Source of the DNA: Vitrella brassicaformis CCMP3155
Lineage: Eukaryota; Protista; Chromerida
NCBI GenBank assembly: GCA_001179505.1
Contig: CDMY01000290.1
Location: 68,389-132,388, forward strand
Length of the DNA: 64,000 nucleotides
Direction: 5' to 3'
The notes beneath the pieces were generated by a model. The model was not told the DNA's origin and did no database searches. It worked only from the letters and a program-made list of their open reading frames with translations. A program made the position numbers and the translations under genes. Of this stretch, positions 58,367 through 64,000 are shown in pieces; the stretch's first letter is position 1, and each line of letters begins with the position of its first letter.

Positions 58367-61300
58367 ATGGTGCCGTCGATTTATGACGCCGACAGGTCTA
58401 CGCCTGGTGAGGACGGCTCTCGGGCGGCGCCAGCAATGCAAGCGTCCTTGGCGATTCCTGGTCCGCCTTTAAACGCCGCACCAGCCATGAGGACGAGTCA
58501 GCACAACAATCCGTCTCTTCATTCCACTGACGTGCCCCTCCCATACTTAGACGGCACCGCAGCACAGCAGCGAGAAACGGGCTCTCGACCGTTTCCTGAT
58601 GCGGCGTCGGCAAGCCAGTCGCGGCAGAATGGTGCGACAGCGGCTGTCCGAGACGATGAGGGCCAGTCAGCCTTTCCTCTGACGATAGGCGAGCAGACGC
58701 ACCCACCCCCCCTTCCAGACCTCGTCCCCCCCTTACCACCGCCACCCGCACACCGGCCGGCAGCACCACTACAGGACATCACCACCTCAGCAGGACATCA
58801 CACACCGCCCCGTGGTCGCAAGAGGAAGCACGAGGGCGGCTCATCAGCCCGACAGGGCACTCCAGCACTTGCCCACCACAGGGAGGGGACCTCAGGCACC
58901 TCGGTGGGCCGACCCAGACCGATCCACCTGCTGAAGGTGCTGGACAAGATGCGGACGCCCGACGACCGCGATTTTCTGCCCGAATACGAGGGTTTTGCGT
59001 TCAGAGTGGCCGACGAGGGGGACGGAAAACGCTTTATGGTGACGGCCTGGCGAGGGGAGGGGGGAGGGACCGACCGGCCGCCGGTGTGGGTGCAGGCGGT
59101 TGTCACTCGTGACCACATAGGGAGGGGGTGGGACATGAGCATGCTGAGCGACCTGCTGGTGGCCGTCCACAACGGCACGGCAGACAGTGACGAGCGCTTT
59201 GAGAGTGTGTCTGACGCAATCGATGGCCTCGAGCGGACCGTCACACAGTGGAAATCTGCTGCAGGTAAGGATGGAGAGGGGGAACAAGGGAGGCTGGGGG
59301 ACTTACGTGTATCGTTGGGGGGGGGGTCTTTTCATGTGTGCAGGACTGAGTAGTGTCCCTCCCCGTGTCAATGATTCACCGCCCGTCGGTGCCCCCGGTC
59401 CCTCGTCCGTGACCCTCGCTGCTGCTGCTGGTGCTGCTGCTGGTGGTGGTGGTGGCTCAGCTGACCCACCTCACAATGAGCCTCCCGATGACAAAGGTAG
59501 ACAGCCACACCATTCCTACCGTCGAGCACCCATCCATTGTGGGCGCCTGTGTTGTTTTCGCTTAGGTTTGTGGGCCAAGAAGGCCAAGAAGGAGCCGCGG
59601 AAGCGCAAGGGCGGCAAGACAGCCGAGGTCGGCAAGGGCAGGACCGTTATCCGCAAACGTGGAGAGCACCGGTCCGACGTGCCGGGGGTTTACTGGTCTG
59701 AGCAGTACCAGTATTGGGCGGCATCTTGGTACGACAAGGGTGACGGCAAGCAGAAGCACAAGTTCTTCTACATGAAACATCACGGATTCGACAAAGCAAA
59801 GGTGGGAATAAGCCGAGGGGCGCCGTCCACCTTGTTTTTTCTCTCCCTTGGCTTCAGGCGTTGGCCGAGCAGCATCGTCGTGAGATGGAGCACACAGGGC
59901 AGGCAGCGGTCAGGGGGCGATTGGAACATCAGAGCGGCGTCAAGGGTGTCCACTACCACGAGGTAAACAACTCATGGAAGGCCAGCTGGCAGGTGGGGGG
60001 CAGGAGGAAGACCAAGTCCTTCTCCGTCAAGGAGCTTGGCTTCGAGGAGGCCAAAGACGCCGCCATTGCACACAGACAGAAGATGGAGCGAGTGCACACG
60101 TCAAAGGGCGGGGCGGAGAGGCATGGCGACCCGGCTGACTGGAGAAGTGCCGACGATGGCGACGATTCTCTGCCCGGCAGGCAGCGACGGGCCCCTCAGC
60201 TGCGTGACGGTGGTGTGGGGGGCGGTGTGCCTCTGCACCCTACGGCTCGCCGTGACACCAACCGACCGCGGCCCCGCAGAGGCGGCCGATTCGACCGCAA
60301 TCCCTCGCCGGACATCGAGGCCCCCAGTTGGCTGCGGGAGGGCCCGGCTACGCCGCCGACGGGCCACACGGCCAGTCGCGGCCCTCGTGTGTCGCCGGTG
60401 CAGAGGGGGCATCTGATTCTCCACTTCTACCAGCAGCTGGAGGCACTCGGCCGAGCCCATCCCGACACGCCTCTGTGCCTGCGGTTCAGGAGTGGGTCTG
60501 CCCTGCCACAGCTGGCCATCGAGGTGGTCCTGCCCGGCACCCCTGTGCAGTCGGTGCCCCTCTCAGCGGCCACCAGGGAGGCCATGGGGGCGGCCATCGA
60601 TGCCGCATGGGCATGCCGCCAGCAGGAGATGGACATGGACGGCACTGAGGACCAGCAGCCCATGACACACGCCCAGCGGATGGTCCTGTGCCGTGTGTTT
60701 GGTCAAGTGGGTCACAACATTGGGGCGATGCTGGCGGCCGTCCCAGCTCTGAGTTTTGCGTCCGTCGACTCGTTTGTGCGCCGTGAGCTGCCGGCCATGG
60801 TGGGGCGGCGTGACGGCGAGGACATCAAGGAGGCCGCCAGTCGATTCATCAAACAGCTTCAGAAGACCCATCGGCAGCATACCAGGCTGGGCTACGAGGC
60901 TGCTATGGATGCCGCCAACAGGCACAAACGGGCCTTGATGGAGCAGCGACACTCCACGTTCGAGAGAGGGGCGCCTCCGTCGAGCGGCAGCGACAGCAGT
61001 GGCTCACGTGAGAGCCGCAATGGCAGCCAGCGAAACAAGCAGCGGCGGATGGACGAGGAGGATGGCGGCCTCTCGCCTGCGCCTGACCGTTACGATCTGG
61101 GCGGGCTGACGGGCGACGCGTTATGTCGTGGCCTGATGCGGCGGTTGCGTCAGAAGCAGCCAAATGTCCACTCCCTCTGCCTCAACAACGGAGGGTAAGC
61201 GAGGGAGGACGACTCTCAGCGACAATGAACGGCCGGATGTCATGAGGGACTCGTCTCTGGATATGTGTGGCGTGTGTCAGTGTCGGCGTCACGTGGCGGG

Positions 61301-64000
61301 CGAGCTACGTCTTCGAGGCCTACTTCTGGGACAGCCAGGCTGCAGCCGCTGTGGATCTTCGTCAGTTCGGTGTTGGTGAGGACGTCACCTCCCGTGAGGC
61401 CATCTTCACGGCCTTCCGCCAAGCCGTCGAGTATCGCAACGCCCTGCATAGCTCGCGTCTGGGCGACCAGGCGGTGCTCATCGACCTCTCGTGGCTCGCC
61501 CTGGTCGCTAGACGACAGGGCGTGAGCCGCTCACCTGTCGAGCGACACGGCGGGGGAGCGAGTCATGGGTCCATGCCGCCACCGCTACTGCTTGACGACC
61601 GCGACATCCTTCCACTCGAGGAGCGTGGCCTCATGCCGCCCCGCATTGAGCCCACGGGCCGCAGAGGCAGGCCATTACATGGTCGTGATGGCCGGGGGGT
61701 GGGCGACTTGGCTGGTTTTGAAGGCGAGGAGGCCAGTCATCGGCCAGGGACCAAGCGCCGTCGCGATATGTCGGGAGGCAAGGGAAGGCAGTTTATGTCG
61801 CCCAGGCTGGGTGAGGCGGACGGCCATGCTCTGGCAGCCAGCCTGGTGGAGCAGACAAGACGGCAGCTGGCAGACGTAAACCAAGACGATGCCGACAGGT
61901 GGGCAGAACGATGGAGTCTCATGGAATGGGCCACGCATTTTCCTCTTCCTTGGTGTGTGCTTCACTCAGTTTCGGTCTCGAATGGCGCGGCGAGGAGGGT
62001 AGCTTTGTGGCTTACCGACCAGACGGCGGAGAGGGGCCCGAGCAGCGTGTCTTCAGTGTGTCTGACGTGACCTCACCCCGGCTCATCCTGCGTGCCTTCG
62101 CCCAAGCGGCGCACCACCTCAACGCCACGGCTGGCAACGGTGCAATCGTGGTCGACGTGTGGCGCATCAATCTGCAGCCACAGCCGACGGACAAGCATGC
62201 TGTCGACAAAGGCACGAGTAGTGGTATGGCTTCCATGGGTCCGACGCATCATGACGGTGGCGAGGCAGATGTGTGTGATGTTGGTGGCGATGACGACATG
62301 GATTGGGCTGATGACGTGTCGTCGCCCGACGAACAGCCGAGGCGCAGGGCCACCCCGGGCAAGGCGAAGACCTTCGTTCAGAGGGCCCAGCATCACTCAG
62401 ACGTGACAGGCGTCTACTGGTCTGAGAAGTACCAGTCTTGGGTGGCAACTTGGTACGACAAGGGCGACGGCAAGCAGAGGGAGAAGCACTTCTACGTCAA
62501 ATATCACGGATTCGACGAAGCCAAGGTACCGGCATCGCATCGCAGCACCGCACCTCCATCTCACTCTCTGTTTCCCCAAACGTATGGATCAGGAGCTGGC
62601 TGAGCACCATCGTCTCGAGATGGAGCGCAGCGGCCAGGCAGTAGTCAGGAGGAGAGCCAAGCATCAGAGCGGCATCAAGGGCGTCACCTTCGACGAGAGA
62701 TACAAGCGCTGGAAGGCCAGCTGGCGGGTGGGGGGCAAAGCGAAGAGCAAGTACTTCTCCGTCGCTGAGCTTGGCTTCGAGGGTGCCAAGCAGGCAGCGA
62801 TAGCACACAGCCGTGCTATGGAGGAGAGGCACTACCCTCGTCCGGGCAGCGGCAGCCAGCCCGTCCACCAGCCTTCTCCTCACCACTCTGCCGCCGGCCA
62901 CGGTCGAGCGGAGGCTTCCCACTCTGCCGCCGGCCACGGTCGAGCGGAGGCTTCCCGCCCTCAGCCGTCGCCCCCCGCTGCACAGGAGAATGACATCGAT
63001 ATGCGGGGCGGCAGCATGGCGTCATCTCGGCACTTGGGTCAAAGGTCTGATGTCCAACCGAGCTCTTCACCCCATCGGCGCGTTCCCCCGACCCTCTCTC
63101 CAGTCGGACGTCGCGGCCCCAAGCCACGGTCAAGTGAGGCCAGCCGCGGTGCCGACATGGCTTCACCGTCTGAGTCGGAGTGGCAGGGCTATGTAACATC
63201 ATCACTGTCGTCTGGTGGTGAGGGGCGTGACAGCGACTACCGCGATAGCAGCAGCTCGAGCCCGCCGCGCCGCCTTCTCCCCAAGTCCACCAGTCGTCAC
63301 AGCGGCAGGCGAGGGCGCAGGAGGGTGAACACCGACGACATTGAGGAAGCGGGGAGTGCTTCGGATGATTCGGTGCGGTGCTGGGAGTGCGGCAAGGGCG
63401 ACGATGAGCAGCTTCTGCTATTGTGTGACAACGGGGGCTGCTCTGCGGCGTACCACACCTACTGCGTCCAGCTGACGGCCGTCCCCAAGGGCAAGTGGTT
63501 CTGCCCCGAATGCACGCACAGCAAAAGGACCGGCACTCGTGGCAACCGGGCGCTCGAGCGACGGCAAGAGGGCGGCCACTGCGACGAGTCTGTCAATCGC
63601 AGTCCGTCTCTGAAGCACCGCCGCAGAGACCCATCCGCCAGCAGCAGCCCATCTACCGTCGAGAGGCGACAGAGACGAAAGGCCGGCAATGCAGCCGAGG
63701 CCACCAAGGGCAAGACGGCCGCCATCCGCAAAGGTGCCGAGCATCAGTCAACGGTCGTGGGCGTCTCCTGGGATGCGAGGGCCCGGGCGTGGAGGTCGAC
63801 ATGGTATGCGAAGGATGACACCACGCAGAAGAAAAAGCTCTTCACAGTCCGAGAGCACGGCTTCGACAAAGCAAAGGTGCGCGAGACCTACACGGCCTTA
63901 AGCAAAGGTGCTTATGGACCATTCGCTTCCCTTCTCTCTCCCTTGCCTTCAGGCGTTGGCCGAGCAGCATCGTCGTGAGATGGAGCGCACAGGGCAGGCC
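58367..64000 (+). CDS. Multi-AP2 (ApiAP2-type) gene, copy 3: at least 5 AP2 domains plus a PHD finger; 3' end beyond right edge
   Basis: AP2 domains near 59665, 59925, 62390, 62660 and 63740. PHD finger CWECGKGDDEQLLLLCDNGGCSAAYHTYCVQLTAVPKGKWFCPEC at 63379-63513. No stop or frameshift was seen in the visible part. Confidence 0.88.

Noticed and set aside
1-64000. Hundreds of additional ORFs in the six-frame track, including long antisense ORFs
   Set aside because: They are shadows of GC-rich coding exons or read-throughs of microsatellite introns (VCVCVC, HTHTHT, DGWMDGWM) and have no family motifs.
28451-64000. AP2 copies as autonomous transposons or HNH-AP2 homing endonucleases
   Set aside because: No transposase, integrase, RT, Rep/helicase or HNH motif, and no terminal inverted repeats or target-site duplications were found. 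Mobilisation in trans remains untested.

Overview
Eukaryotic, GC-rich genomic DNA with many short introns that carry GT/CA, GACA and GATG microsatellites. The gene content (ApiAP2 domains, a RAP protein, a HAD-domain protein, bipartite plastid-targeted VIPP1 and DUF1350) points to a photosynthetic relative of apicomplexans, most likely a chromerid such as Vitrella; this is an inference. About 21 spliced genes can be reconstructed by eye: VPS4 (cut by the left edge), VIPP1, two secreted proteins, an FHA/RING-CH ligase, a mucin-like protein, DUF1350, SEC22, a RAP protein, a CD225-like membrane protein, an ARM/PELP1-like protein, a CHCHD2-like protein lacking CHCH, an LRR protein, a DHYC palmitoyltransferase, a HAD protein, an intronless DPM1, two hypotheticals and three paralogous multi-AP2 genes. 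There is a 300-N assembly gap. The most unusual feature is the multi-AP2 family. Its three copies are built from shuffled shared modules and carry different effector domains: SAM-like in copy 1, SHP box plus UBX in copy 2, and a PHD finger in copy 3. Copies 1 and 2 are followed by a 98%-identical downstream non-coding element. Also notable: 18 of 21 genes sit in tight head-to-head pairs, including VPS4 with the ESCRT-III-superfamily gene VIPP1; a 24-26 bp motif recurs in three of those promoters; and one VIPP1 intron is bounded by a 14-bp direct repeat. Exon boundaries were read manually and no database searches were run.
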